A stretch of DNA of 64,000 nt from the human T2T-CHM13v2.0 reference genome, Homo sapiens (GCF_009914755.1 NC_060933.1), one strand, 5' to 3'. Positions 13,493 to 27,860 are shown, counted from the first letter of the stretch. Notes: generated by a model from the sequence alone, not told the origin. Numbers and translations: made by a program.

Positions 13493-14122
13493 GCAAGCAG
13501 GAGAGAGTAAATGGATAATTAGAAAGCACTGCGAAGATTCAGCAACAGGGTATTGTGGAGACCCAGAAGAGGAACAGCCATCTCAATGTGGGTTTGCCTC
13601 TTATGTTTGCATTCACCTGGCAGTCAGGGAAAATTTCTTAAGGGGTGTGACTTCTGAACTGCATCATAAAGAATATGTAAGAATGGTCCAACTCAAAAGG
13701 CAATAGAAAGGCATTCCAAGTAGAAAGGGAAAAATCTGGAAAGACACTGAAAGCATGTTGTCAGCTTAGAAGAATTTAGTGTTCTGGAGCCTAGAAATTA
13801 AAGTAGGTAGATATAAAATACAGAAAATGAACAGATAGAAGAAAGCAGGTCAAACTGGACCTAGCATATCTTACTAAAGAGCTTAATCTCATATTTTTAT
13901 AACCCCTTTAATCCCTTACTAAAGGCATAATTGTGTACAAAATTGAGAGTCACTATAGGGTTCTAAATATGGGAATGTCGTGGCCCCAAAGAGTAAGCTG
14001 CAGCTCATCCAAAGCTGGCTTGGTGGAATACTACAAACTAGGACCAGACAGTCTTTTCCTGAACCTAAAGGTTAAGTGTAGGTGTGTTTGTGTGCTGTCA
14101 GTTTGTTCAAGTTTGGAATTTT

Positions 14123-14440
14123 GGCCAGGTCAGTGGTTCACGCCTGTAATCCCAGCACTTTGGGAGGCTGAGGCAGGCAGATCACCTAAGGTCAGGAGTT
14201 CCAGACCAGCCTGGCCAATATGGTGAAACCCCGTCTCTACAAAAAACACAAAAAATTTAGCTGGGCGTGGTGATGGGCGCCTGTAGTCCCAACTACTCAG
14301 GTGGCTGATGCAGGAGGGAATCACTTGAACCCAGGAGGCGGACGTTGCAGTGACCCAAGATTGCACCATTACACTCCAGCCTGGGCAACAAGAACGAAAC
14401 TCTGTCAAATAAATAAATAAATAAAAATAAAAACATAAAT
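14123..14440 (+). mobile_element. AluSq/Sx
   Basis: Full dimeric Alu with ctgggcaacaagaacgaaactc and an (AAAT)n tail. Confidence 0.95.
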
Positions 14441-14689
14441 AAGTTTCAATATATATTTCAAGCCAATTTACACATACAAATTCATTCAGAAAGAAAATCT
14501 GAAGAATGTTTCTTATCCTCGTGTTTTCTCTGAGGAAAACGGGGAAGCTAAACAAACTGGTTGGGATTTGATGACATTGTCAGAGGAATCGCTGTCTTTG
14601 AATAGAAAAGCAAGAACGGAAGACTCCGTGGCCATGAAGTCTTCACTGACAAGTTCAGAACTCTATCTCCTCTTCTTTGAAATACAATG

Positions 14690-14840
14690 TCATATATATA
14701 AAATATATATAATATATATCATATATCATTGTATATCTATATATCATTATACATCATATATATCATAATTATATATGATATATATTATGATATATATCAT
14801 ATATATGATATGATTATGATATATATCATATATAATAATG
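14690..14840. repeat. AT-rich low-complexity (TATATCA/TGATATA) tract
   Basis: Seen directly; contains self-complementary tatcatatatatgata blocks. Confidence 0.85.
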
Positions 14841-15127
14841 ATCAAATTAGTTATTACTCATGAATATGCTTTTTAAAAACTTAAGTATTCTAAGAGTTTA
14901 ATTACTTCTTTACAGAAGAAATGTGAAACTCGGATTAGTCAGAATTACAAAAAATGTACAATCTTAAAACAGGAAGTATAAAGAAAAAGGTTGGCGTCAT
15001 TAGGAAAGAAAAATTAAGAGGAGATAATGAAGTAATGTGGTTCTTATCTCTGAGAATTTAGTTTCTAGTAAACATATCCAAAATATTTAACATCTCTTAA
15101 TACCTGAATTTGGTATTTTAAGTTTGA

Positions 15128-15459
<332 letters not shown>

Positions 15460-16872
15460 TATACTCACTACTCTTAAAATTATATTTTACTTTTTCAGCA
15501 TATCAAAAACTGCTCAAATGGATTATATAATAATTTCAGAAACTGGTAGCATATTTTTCATTTCCAGGGAATAACTCTTAACATTTTGTAATATTAATGA
15601 AGATTTAAAAAAAAAACAAAAATACACTGTAAACTGCATAACTGAGCAATTCCTTAGTGTAAACTCAGTAGCAATCAATTAGGAGACAATGAAGGCTCCT
15701 AATGGCAATGCATTTTGGTGTTTTTATTTGGTACACACATTTTGTATCTGTGGAACTCATAACCAGAAAGAATTGTGCAAGTCAAGGATGTTGCGGCTAG
15801 TTAATTTGACATGCATTATTTATAGAAACCTGGTACATTTTTATTCATGGAAAACGCTATTACTGCTATTCTTATCCCTGATTCTACTGCTTGGAAAAAG
15901 AACGGAAGCAGACAATATAAATGAGTAATTCTGAAAGAATCAAACATAGTCCTGTCTGTATTTCAGCCATTTCCAATAATAGAGCCTGCACTGCAGTTCC
16001 CTTTTTCTAGCTACTAATAACTCTCTTGCCTAAGGACAGCGTTAAGTGAAACCTTAGGAAGCAGTAGATTAGAAAAGTTATTTTGGTTTTATATATTTTA
16101 TTTATCAATATAAGTAAAAAAAAATCCATTAATACTGAGAGTTCCAGGGAAGAACATCTCTATCCAAGCTAATATGCTAATCAAGCATGTACTACATAAC
16201 TCGAGATAGAGACGTAGAGAAAACACTGGACTCTAAGCCCTGATTTTTGAAATATGACCTCTAACTTTTGTATCCATTTATACATTCAAATGCATTCAGA
16301 AAGGAAATCTCAAAAACATTTCTTATCTAAAGCAGATTCAGAGTATGTAACCTTATTAAACCAGAGGGATTTGAATCACAGAATATTACAAAGAGCTCTG
16401 TTGTTGTCAAATGCTACAAAGCACAGGTGTTGCCACCTTGTTGCTGATGTATTTAGTCATGTCATTTTCATCTCTTTTTGCTTCTTTTTCCTATGTGTAA
16501 AATGAGAGACTTGATCTCTATGATTTCACTGGTCTATTCAATGCTGTAAATATTTATCAGTTGATTCATTGCAACTCATGTGTTACCTAGGTCCAAGAAC
16601 CTTCTTTCCACTTGAGATACAGATTGTATTGACCTAATAGAAATTTTTGCTCTGGAATTCCAGAATTGTACCCAAGCATCTTTAAGTGACCTAAAGAATT
16701 ATAAAAATGATTCATATTCTCATGGTTGAAACATTTACTTCCTTGTTTAGTGGGCCTTTTTGGCATCTTATATATGCAATTTTTGCCCTGAATTATGTCA
16801 GTCTGGACTTGAAAATAAGCCCACTTCTTGCTTTTGAGAAAAAATAATGTGAAACAAAACAACACCATGCAT

Positions 16873-16881
16873 GCGCGCGCG

Positions 16882-16924
<43 letters not shown>
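16873..16924. repeat. (GC)9(AC)17 alternating purine-pyrimidine tract
   Basis: Seen directly in the sequence. Confidence 0.95.
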
Positions 16925-16926
<2 letters not shown>

Positions 16927-18235
16927 TTCAACCCAAGAAATTGGTTTATTAAATGTTACTGAAGAAGATGAAAAGGTAAGAATGGTATCATAGCAACAGA
17001 AACAGTTTCAAATTAAATATTAGCAAACCTGTTTCATGAAGAGCTTTTGGTCGCTGAGGGCTTTTAATAGCAACTTTGACTTCTTTGGCCTAAAATTTTC
17101 TGGATTCTCTGTTGCTTTTCTTCTCTCTCCTTTTCAGCTATTCTTTATCCTTCCATGAGGAAACTCAACAACTTATTTAATCTTGTTGTTTGTCCTTGGC
17201 TTCCTGACGACTCATCCAAATATTAACCTTTTTTATCTTCACTTCATGAGGGAAATTTGTTGCCAATGTTAAATGCTCATGTTTATCCCCCTACCAGCTA
17301 AGTTTTAAGCGCTATGCTGGGATGTGAGGCATATCATTATTTTCAAGGTAGAAATAATTTTTGTATATATCAAGTATTTGGAAGCAGTAAATATGTGATA
17401 TCAACACTTTGTACTGCTGACAGAGAATGTAAAAGTTAAAAGTTTTTTTTTAAGTTTTGTAAAAGTTCTAGAGTTTCTAAGAGTTTGTAAAAGTTTTTAT
17501 CTGTTGAGAACCAGCACCTTGAATTATGTCTTACTGGAAAGTCTATACCATTTAAAGATAATAAGGAAAACTAATAAATATTCTTTATAGGTAGTGTGTT
17601 TGACAGTTAAAAATTTTTAATCTGCATTCAAGGTTACAATATTGTTCGTAATTTCAATGCTTCCTAAATGATATACTTGTTAGAACTACACATCACTGTA
17701 TATTCACCACTTAGGGTTCATTTTGCTCCCTTGGGTTCTTTCATTCACCTCCTACCCAGTTGTTTTCTAAGTATCTCAGGAAGCAAAATAATGTGGGAAG
17801 AGAGGAACTTGTTAAGATAGAGGGACAATGCTCCAGTCTCCAAAAGAATCAATACTTGTGAATTCAATGGCTGACTGCCCAGTTATCTCCTTGATACAGA
17901 CTCTGAGTGCCTGAACCAGATATCAGGAAGAGGCAGAAAGATGAAGCAGCCCCCTTTGTTCTTTCACTCTACCAAACTTGTTTTTTGAAGGTGGTACAAC
18001 TTGTGTTAATCACTGAGAATAATTCTGACTTCAGTATTGTTGTCTTAGAGTCACTGAAAATAGCACTCATATTCAGGCATTACATAGGTTTTTCAGGCTT
18101 CTTTTTTGAGTTATCCATTTTAATTTCTTATTTTTAAATAGTTTAATGGGAATTTGAGAGGCAACACCAGGGCTTTTTACTAAGATGATGTTTTTGACTA
18201 GAAATAACTTGGAACAATTAAAAAATTTATGTGTT

Positions 18236-18470
18236 CTGTAATCTCAGCAGTTTGGGAGGCCAAGGTGGGCAGATCGCTTGAGGTCAGGAGTTCAAGACCA
18301 GCCTGGACAACATGACAAAACCTCATCTCTATTAAAAATACAAAAATTAGCTGGGCATGTTGGTTCACGCCTATAATCCCAGCTACATGGGAGGCTGAGG
18401 CAGGAGAATCGCTTCATGTCACTGCACTCCAGCCTGGGCAACAGAGCAAGACTCCATCTCAAAAAAAAAA
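18236..18470 (+). mobile_element. AluS, 5'-truncated, with an internal right-arm deletion
   Basis: Starts at ctgtaatc (about Alu nt 24). gaatcgctt joins catgtcactgcac. TSD aaaaatttatgtgtt / aaaagtttatgtgtt. Confidence 0.9.
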
Positions 18471-20164
18471 AGTTTATGTGTTATGTAAATCGTGGCATCA
18501 TTATTGCCATTATTGAAGAGACAGAGATTGGCTATGAAATAAAATAACCATAATAACAATGATATTATAAAAGACCTTTAAAATCTGGGAGATATTTTTG
18601 AGATGCATTCATACAACTATTTTCTCAATAGAAAAAGGATTATGATTCTTCTCTATTAGATGTACTGGTAGATAGTATATTCTATAGGACAAGAGAAAAG
18701 GTTTTTGTAAAAAGTGTTATTCTATTGTTAGTAATTCATTCATTCATTCAATTCACTCATTTAACTTGGATCCAACATTTGCTTCTAAATGGAAATGTTG
18801 GAAAAATTAAGTCCTATGTAACAGCAGTCAATATGATAATTTAAAAAACAGCCACAAAAAGACCATCTAAGAATTAATTGAAGACCAAAACGGTTGATCC
18901 CATTTCTTGGCTTCTGTGATGGTATAGGGCTACTTTTTATGATTATGAAATTAATGTTACTATCTAGTGACCATTATAGACATGAGTCTGAGTGCTTTTG
19001 TGAGAATTCATAGAATAGCTCTCTTTCTACATTATAGGCTCTGATTTAGTAAGTGAAGATGATTTCATAGATGAAGGGCCTCTACTGTTGTCAAATGACT
19101 ATTAAGCAGAATGCATTTAATTGGAAGGTGATATTTCACTGGAATTAATACATATCAATACCTATTTTGCTTAATAGTTTTCTGATTAATACTGATTTTT
19201 TGCCCTTATTTCTAGAATGACAGTTTTTCATTTTCACAATAGCTTTCTATTCCCAAAGCTCTTTCACATATTTTATTTAAGTCTATAAATAAACTACTTA
19301 GGATGTTTACTCCTTGCTTCACAATTTTCAATAATTTCCCAAATAAACAGAAGCAGTGCTCTTAAAAAGCACCAAGTGACTCAAAATTTGTATAGTTATA
19401 ATGTGAGGAAATATGCCAACATGATAGGCAGCTCTCAAACAGTTTAAAAGACTGGAAGGCATGTCTAAGTCAGGTCTTGGTAAATGGCTAGAATATTGCA
19501 TAAGCCAAATATTATACTGCAATATTCTAAATGTCTAACTTCCCCTTGATATCATCCTTCATAGGTTTCTTTTTTTTCACCTGAAGCAAATAGTTTGTTT
19601 CTCAGTAGTCTAATTTAGTTAGCCATAGAGTCCTTTGTAAGAAATAGAATTACTCTTGCAAACAGTGTCTATTTTTTATAGGAACTAATGGTGGCCTCCA
19701 TAATAAATGAAAAGAAACATACTAAAAGATGAATAGAGTATTTCTGAAGAATCTCTTGGAAAGGAGATGGCTTCATGGCCCATAGGCACATACAGGAATG
19801 TGTGTATACCCACACACATACACATTTATATGGATATATTAAATTCATGGCTATTTAAATTTTAAAAGTAGTATTGAGTCAGAATTCTGGCCATCTTAAA
19901 GCTGTTTTTACATGTATTCAACTTATAAATTATATCATTTATGATTATCACAAATAATATAAGGAGACCTATTTTGCTTTCTTCTTCTGACCCATTTTCT
20001 GTAATATATGTTTTCCAATATGATAATCAATAAAATTTAGGTATATCTTTTAACTTTGCCTTGCTTGAATTATTAATGATGCTAAACATTTTCATATGTA
20101 TTCTGGCTAGGCAGATAGTAGGATCTGTACCTATGGAAAGTATAGTTAAGCATTATTGACTTGT

Positions 20165-21130
20165 TTCATTTATTCATATATTCATTCATGTATTTATTCT
20201 TTAAACAAGAACTTATTAAAAGTCTAGTATAAGCCAGGCAATGCTCTCTTTGTTGGATTTACAACACTGAAACACCAGGTGGAAAAATCCTGCCATCAGG
20301 AATGTTTTATTCCCATGGAAGAGACAAGAAATAAACACAATACGTAAATGAAGGTGAAAAGAATGTGGGAGAGGGTATTGACAGTGTAATTGTACTTTTC
20401 CATGGAGTAGTCAAGGAAGGCTACATAGGGAAACTGATTTATGAGTTAATGACTAGTCTTAAGTGAATGAGCCAGGCACTCAGGCAGATACCTGATGTTC
20501 CAGCCTGAGGGAACAGCAAGTGAAAAGGCCCTGCACTGCAAAGTGCAATAGGTTAGGAATTTCAAATTAGACAGAGTGGTGTGAAGACGGCAAGGCTGAT
20601 AAGAGTCAGTGGCATGCTAAGAAGGTTATAGTAGATGTCCAATCCTGTATGAAGGCAGAAAGAGGTGTGTTTTTTGTAGAAAATGTATAAGCTATAATAA
20701 AGCCAACTAAAAATAGTTATTTTGATTCTCACCAGGCATCTGGCAATTACATACATTGCCAGTGATAAAATATTTCTCTCCCCAAGTCAGATTACCACCA
20801 TTATTCTTATTTTGGCATGACCCTGATGACACTTTAGACTAAAAAGGTAATATGGAAATCAGATTGTATAAATCCTTAAAAGATATTTAAATGACTTTGG
20901 GACTTACTCTATGTGTAATTTAGTGCCACTGGAGGATCTTGAGTGGAAGAGTAACATGGTCTGACTTAATTTTTAAAGGCTGGCTCTAGATAACATGTTG
21001 AGAATAAAATGAAGTGGCCAAGGACAGAAATAAGAAGATCAATTAAAGGCATTGGCAAAAATCTGGGTAAAAAATGATAATAGGTTGAATTAAGGTGGTA
21101 AAAGATGAGTCAGGGAGAAGTAGAATTTTT
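20165..21130 (-). mobile_element. L2 fragments
   Basis: (TTCA)n L2 terminus at ~20165, followed by tagtataagccaggca, ggaacagcaagtgaaaaggccctg and gccactggaggatcttgagtgg. Confidence 0.6.
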
Positions 21131-23256
21131 TGCATCTATTTTAATATTGTAATTTATAGGGTGGCTTTTTTGGAGATTTCTTTATTATGGTTATATATAT
21201 ATATAACAAAATTTACCATTTTGTTATAAGTGTACAATTTATTGACATTAAGTACATTCCCAATGGTGTGCTACCATCACTACTATCTATTTTCACAATT
21301 TTTAAATTATTAAACAGAAGTTCTGTACCCATTAAAGAATAACTCTCACATAAACCCTAGTCCCCAGTAACTTATATACTACTTCCTGCCTATGAATTTT
21401 CCCTTTTACCTTATAGTCTACCTTATATAAGTAGAATCATACAATATTTGGCCTTTGCATCTGGCTTATTTTAGTTAGAATAATATATTCAAGTTTCATT
21501 CATGTTGTAGCATGTATCAGAATCTTCATTTTTTATGCCTGAATACTAGTATATATGATACATTTTATTTATCCTTCTATCTGTTGTTGCATATTTAGGT
21601 TTTTTCTACCTTTTGACTATTGTGCATAATGCTGTTCTGAATCTTGGTATATAAGAATGTGTTTGAGTCCCTGCTTTCAATTATTTATGACATATAACCA
21701 AAAGTGGAATTAGTGGATCATATGATAATTATATGTTTAACTCCTGGAAAAACTGCCAAGCTGTTTTCCACAGAAGCTTTATCATTTTTCATTAACACTA
21801 GCAATGCATAAGTGTTCCAGTTTCTCATCCTTGCTAACATTTACTTTCCTTTTTTTTAATAATAGTCATCCTAATTAGTATGAGGTGGTATTTCCTTGTG
21901 GTTTTGATTTACATTTCCCCAATGACTAGTGATGTTGATGATTTTGTTTATGTGCTTATTGGTCATTTGTTTATTTTTTGAAGAAAGGTCTACTCAAGTC
22001 CTCCCCCATTTAAAAAAAATTGGGTTATTTGTTTTTTATTGTTGAGTTTTAGGAGTTCTTTTTGTATTCTAGATACTAATTCCTTATCAAATACATAAAT
22101 TATAAATATTTTCTCCCATTTCATGGATTTTCTGTTTATTTTCTTGATAGTGAATTTTGATGCCCCCAAGTTTTTAATATTGAGGAAGTCCAGTTTATTG
22201 ATATTTGTTATGCTGCCTATGCTTTTAGGGTCATATGCAAGAAATTGTTGCCAAATCATGTCATGTGGATTTCTCTCTGTGGTTTTTTCCAAGAGATTTT
22301 ATAATTTTAGCTCTTACATTTAGGTCTTTTGATGCATTTTGAGTTAATTTTTATTAATTTTATGTATAGTATCATGTAAGGGTCCAATTTGATTATTTTG
22401 AATATCAATATCCAGCTTTCCCAGCATCATTTGTTGAAAAGATTGTCTTTTCCCATTGAATTGTCTTGGCACTCTTGGTGAAAATCAATTAGCAATGTAT
22501 GGGAGGGTTTACTTCTGAGCTCTCTATTCTATTTTATTGTTCTATATGTCTGTCTGTATGCTGGTACCGCACCATTTTGATTACTGTCAATTTATAATAA
22601 CTTTTGAATTCATGAACTGTGAGAGTTCTGACTTTGTTTCTTTTTTTAAAGATTGTTTTAGCTGTTCAGGGTCCCTTGGAATTCCATATGAATTTTGGGA
22701 TGGGTTTTTCTTTCTGCAAAAAAACACTCCTGGGATTTTGTTAGGGATTGCACTGAATCTGTTAATTACTTTGTGTGATATTGACATCTTATCAATATTA
22801 AGTCTTCCAATCCATAAACACATGATGTCTTGTCATTTATTTGTGTCTTCTTTAATTTATTTCCACAATGTTTTGTTGTTTACAGTGTATAAGTATTTGC
22901 CTTCTGATTAAATTTGTAACTATTTTATTCTTTTTGATGCCTTCTTAAGTGAAATTACCTTCTTAATTTTCTTTTTGGATTGTTCATTGTTAACATATAG
23001 ACTATAACTGATTTTTGTGTGATGCTTTTGTATCCTGAAATGTTGCTGAATTCACTTATTAGGACTAACTTTTTTAAGTTAAAAAAGCTCTAGGGTTTTC
23101 TACAAATAACATCATGTCATCTGTTAACAGGGATAAATTTACTTCTTTTTTCCCAATTTTGATGTTTTTCATTTCTTTTTCTTGACTAATTGCTCTGGGT
23201 AGAACATTCAATACTCTTTTGAATGGAAGTGGTAAAGTAGGCATTCTGTTATTTTT

Positions 23257-23292
23257 CTAGACGGGCGCTTTAACCAGCTAAACCATGGTGCC
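23257..23292 (-). pseudogene. 5'-half tRNA-Thr(AGT) tailless retropseudogene
   Basis: The reverse complement GGCACCATGGTTTAGCTGGTTAAAGCGCCCGTCTAG matches the recalled tRNA-Thr(AGT) 5' half GGCGCCGTGGCTTAGCTGGTTAAAGCGCCTGTCTAG at 32/36. It ends in the anticodon and is flanked by attctgttattt / attctgttctattt. Confidence 0.85.
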
Positions 23293-23606
23293 AGCACAAT
23301 TCTGTTCTATTTCATGATCTTAGAGAAAAAAAACTTTCAGCCTTTCTCAATTAGTATGATATTAGCTGCAAAGGGTCACATAAGGTCTTTATCATATCAA
23401 AGAGATGCCTTTCTATTTGTATTTTCTTGAGTGTGATTATTATTAAAGGGTGTTAAATTTTATCAAATGCTTTTTTCCTGCATCTTCCTGTGTCAAACCA
23501 TCCTTGCATTCCAGAAATAAATTCCATCTGGTCATGGCATATAATCCTTTTAATGTGCTGTTAAATGCTCTTTGTTACTATTTTATTGATTACTTTTCAT
23601 CAATAT

Positions 23607-23960
23607 TGATATGGTTTGGCTATGTGTCCCCACCCAAATCTCATCTCAAATTGTAATCCCTGTGTATCAAGGAAGGGTCCTGGTGGGAGGTGATTGGATC
23701 ATGAAGGTGATTCACCCATACTGTTCTCATGATAGAGTGAGTTACCATGAGCTCTGATGGTTTTATAAGTAGCAGTTTCCCCTGCCCTTTTCTCTCCTAC
23801 TGACTTGTGAAGAAGTTGCCTGCTTCCCTTTCCACCATAATTGTAACTTTCCTGAGGCCTCCTAAGCCATGCAGAACTATAAGTCAGTTAAACCTCTTTT
23901 CTTTATGAATTACTCAGTCTCAGGGAAGTCTTCATAGCAGTGTGATAATGGACTAATACA
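23607..23960 (+). mobile_element. THE1D-like MaLR solo LTR
   Basis: tgatatggtttggc...ggactaataca, 354 bp, with a 5-bp TSD aatat/aacat. Confidence 0.92.
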
Positions 23961-24278
23961 AACATTCATAAGGGATATTGGTCTTACAGGTTTTCTGGCA
24001 AAGTAGGTAAGGGTCTGGTTGAGAAGAGAGTAATTAAGAAAGATTCCATCATTTGGGAATGGGGAAATTCAAAGAATGCATTTTTCAGTTATTGGGATAA
24101 AGAAACCATGAGAATGGGAAACAGAGGAAAGAATATGAAGAGTATAATTTGGACATCATAATTAAATTTAACTGTCAGATAGCCAAGAGGAGATACTGAA
24201 TAGGTAATCAGATACAATAACTAGAGGACAGAATGTTAGTGCATTCTGGAGGTATAAATTTGTGGTCATAAGTACATA

Positions 24279-24456
24279 TTATATTTCATCAAATCCAAAA
24301 TACACATTTTCACAGGTTAAAAATCTCTGAAATTAGAATACATCCTATAACATGTGGCATGCCATAAACTAACTGACAGCAGTTTTTTCTTTGATAGGTG
24401 CTTAAAATAATGGTATATCTTACAGGTAGTAAAATTTTAGGTTTGAAACTATAGGG
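24279..24456 (+). mobile_element. MER104 (TcMar-Tc2) non-autonomous DNA transposon
   Basis: About 180 bp resembling the recalled MER104 consensus (tatttcatc...cacattttcac...atctctgaaat...aaaataatggt...tcttaca), flanked by TA on both sides. It sits within L2-like sequence. Confidence 0.65.
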
Positions 24457-27400
24457 TAGACCGTACTTAAAACCATGAAATTAGATGAGCTCTTCAAGAG
24501 AATGACTGATTTTTTAAAAATCTAAGTTTAAGCCCTGTACACTCCAGACTTTAAGAGTCTGGAAGGTAACAAGAAGACCTAAAAGGAAAAACCATTGAGA
24601 TAGGATGACAACAAAAAGAATCCAGTGTCCTGGAAGCCAAAAAATAATGTATCTTGGGAAGAAGGGCATGATTAACACTGTTAAATCCTAATGATATATT
24701 GCCTATAATGGGATTGGGAATTAGTAACTTTTACATCATGGGTGACCTTGATACAAATAGTATTAAGAATAATAAAAATTGAAGCCTTCTCAAAAGAGGA
24801 GGATGAAAGAGGAGAAGAGGAAAAAGTAGGGAGAGAATTTAGATAAAGAAGAAAGAGCAAAATAGAGGAAGAGAAGGAGGAGAGAAAAAAACATGTCCAC
24901 AATTAATATTCACAAGTACTAAAGTTGAACTGACAAAATGTTGGCTGAGTAGTTGGCTGAGGAATGGTAGAGAGAAAAGTGTCTCGATAAGCCAAAATAC
25001 AGAAAAGCAGTAGCTGAGAAATAGACCTGTTGGTCTTTGGGAATAGTGGTTGAGTATAGTCTATGTCTTTGCAGTGAACATGGACCCATAACTTGAATGG
25101 GATAAGAATGTTTTAGGGAGAAGAGATGCAGCAACAAGCAAACTTGTTGGTTTAGCAACATTTTAGCAGAGATTAAAAGGATGTTGTGAGTATTCACAGC
25201 ACTGTAGGAAATACAAGATGATTGCTGCTAAAATAAGCACATATACCCAGTCATGGGAAGTATTAGATTAGAACAGAAAGGAATAGTTTCTGATTGCAAA
25301 CAACTTGGTTGCAGTTAGAGTGTTGTGGTCAACACAGAGCTTTAAATGAATTCTGGAGAGGAAACTAATCATTCTTCTTTTGTGAATACTTTTAAAAGTA
25401 ATTTTTACTGTTTGAAATTAAAGAAGCACATAGATGTTGGAATTCTTGGCAGGCGTCTTGCTGCTACAAGTACTGAGAATGGCACAAAGTAAGAAGAAAA
25501 ATAAAATTGAGCCAGCGAATCAATCAACATTAAAGTTTGTTAAATTGTGAATGGTCTGAAAATATAAGCCAATACACAAGTGTCTTTATGGTTTGAAAGG
25601 TTGGAAAGGCTTTTCTATGACATGCAATTTGTCATAATATCAATCTTCATCCTTGTAATAGAAATAATTTAGCACATTCATGTTTTTCCTTCTAGCATTT
25701 TGTTTGGCTTATTTTGTCATCTTGTGTTATATTCTGTCTTTTTCATATGTCCTAACTATATATTTTGTTTTGTTTTATCTATAGATTTCTTAGAAGTGAC
25801 AAGTTATCTGTTAAGACTTTATATTTTACAAGGATGAAATTCTTAAGAATTTATTTTACTGTCTTCCATCATGTAAAAACATGCAGTTACTTGGGTTATA
25901 GATATTCCACTTAAATATTTATATATTTTAATCTATTCCATTCTGCTCTTTTATATAACGGAATTGTGAGTCATGATGCAAATACTGCTATCTTTAGTTT
26001 CTCTTGCTGCATAGTTATAAAACAATGTCTGTGTACTATGTTTTCATAAACCATGTCAATGAATTTATTTTAATGACTTATTTATATAACTTCCTGTGCT
26101 GTTAATATTTTTCTGAATTGGATGCTGGAAATATCTCATCAAATTTTCAACTTTGACTATAGTTGAAGAAATTCCTGATAGATGGGATATACGTACTACC
26201 TTTCCACTATTTTAAGATAGAACATATCCTGTTTGTCTTGAGATATTTTTTCTTTGTTTTATAGACATTGATCATTTAAAAGAGATTTGATGGAAAGAAT
26301 AGTCACGTTAAATTGATTTTGTCCATCTTACCAGAGATTCAATGTGATTTATATTAATTATGAATGGCACCTGGTGTTATTAGACAACCAGTGAAATGTA
26401 CAGTATTTTTCCTGGATATTGTTCTTATCTAACAGCTATTGGCTTTATTTGTTTATTTACTTTTTTCAAAGTGCAGACTTTTGAATGAAGTTTATTATAT
26501 TGTAGGTAAACATAGGATTCTTTATAAACATGATTTGACTGCAGTGCATATCACAGATATGTGTGATAGTATTATCAAAGCAGATTATTTTCTATTTCTG
26601 CTATAGTACAGCAACATCTTATTTCTCACTACCTCAGTCAGGAAGTAGGAAAAAGTGAAGCTGAGAATTGTGAAAATGGATGTAAAACATTCATACCAAT
26701 TCTTTCACTTAAAAAAAATGATTTAAAAAAAGACCCTCCAGAGGCCCACTCAGAACCTATTTATGCTTATTATGAATACAGTTTGAACAACTTGTATATT
26801 TGATTTTTCTAGTCAGTGATTGGCTTTAGATTGGCCTTCTTTAAAATGGTCTGAGGCCTATTTTCTTGTTGTTTGTCTTTTTATGAACAGTGTATTTTTA
26901 TGAACAGTGATGACCTTTCCATTATGAAATGATTATTTGTTATTAACAAATTTCAGACATAAATTCTTTAAATATCAACTTCACTTGTGTTTAAAATATA
27001 ATTTATTTTTCTGGGTTTGTAAGTGAATGATGAAGAACATGTTAAGTAGCATAAATATAAAAACAGCAGGTCTACCATATTCCTGAAAATTAAATACTTC
27101 ATTTTCTCTGTTTTATGCCATTTATGAATGCTCTAATGTAAGTTACAGTATCTTTAATTTTTTCTAAAGGCTAATGCTATATTTTATAATGGAAGTTTAG
27201 CTATAAATATCTGTATCTGTGGAATTATGCATGAATTAAAAGGCACAAATTAAAAATATTGTTTTGAATCTTAAAATATATCGGTAATGAAAGACAGTAA
27301 AATCTTAGAATATTTATGTTAGTCTTCGAGATATAGATAAATCATATACCCTTCAGCATTTAATGTGTTTCTCAATTTAAGAACTATATAGCTACCTATG

Positions 27401-27669
27401 TGCTATATATTAGAATACCTAACAAATTTTGCCTGATAACATCAATATTGGTTTTCTATAAATTTGAAGATAAAGGTAAATAAGTTCACACTTTGCTTCT
27501 AGTTATTTTTCTAGGACTATGGCCCAATATTTAAAGGAAAGTCAGCAAAATATAGCTAATAAGATAACATTATTAAATTATAAAACTTACATTGTTATAT
27601 CATAACTAATTCAGCAATGAAACTGATTAAGTGCTAAGAGATAATGTTTTTAAGCTAATCTTTCCTACT

Positions 27670-27860
27670 TCCTAACTTTGAAGCTTGTATCTGAAACCTA
27701 CAACTCTGTGACCCATGGCAGTGAATATTATTAACCTCTCTCAGAGCCTTATTGTTCTTATCTTGGAAAAGGAGATAATATTAGTTGTTTTGAAGGCTAA
27801 ATGAGTTAATGTAGGATACTTGGAGTGGTTACAGGCACACAGTACATAAAAAACAGTCAG
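27670..27860 (+). mobile_element. MIR
   Basis: ctgtgacc...ttaacctctctcagagcct...aaatgagttaatgta...ggcacacagta. Confidence 0.7.

Larger units (their letters stand above)
21180..23984 (-). mobile_element. L1MB-like 3' portion (3' UTR plus ORF2) carrying nested tRNA and THE1 insertions
   Basis: L1MB-type 3' end (aaaatttaccatttt...aagtgtacaatttattgacattaagtacatt). ORF2 remnants at 21990-22292 and 22587-22823. The L1 sequence resumes after the LTR (ttcataagggatattggtct). Confidence 0.88.

Noticed and set aside
23257-23292. Functional tRNA gene
   Set aside because: Only the 5' half is present; there is no B-box/T-arm or 3' acceptor strand.
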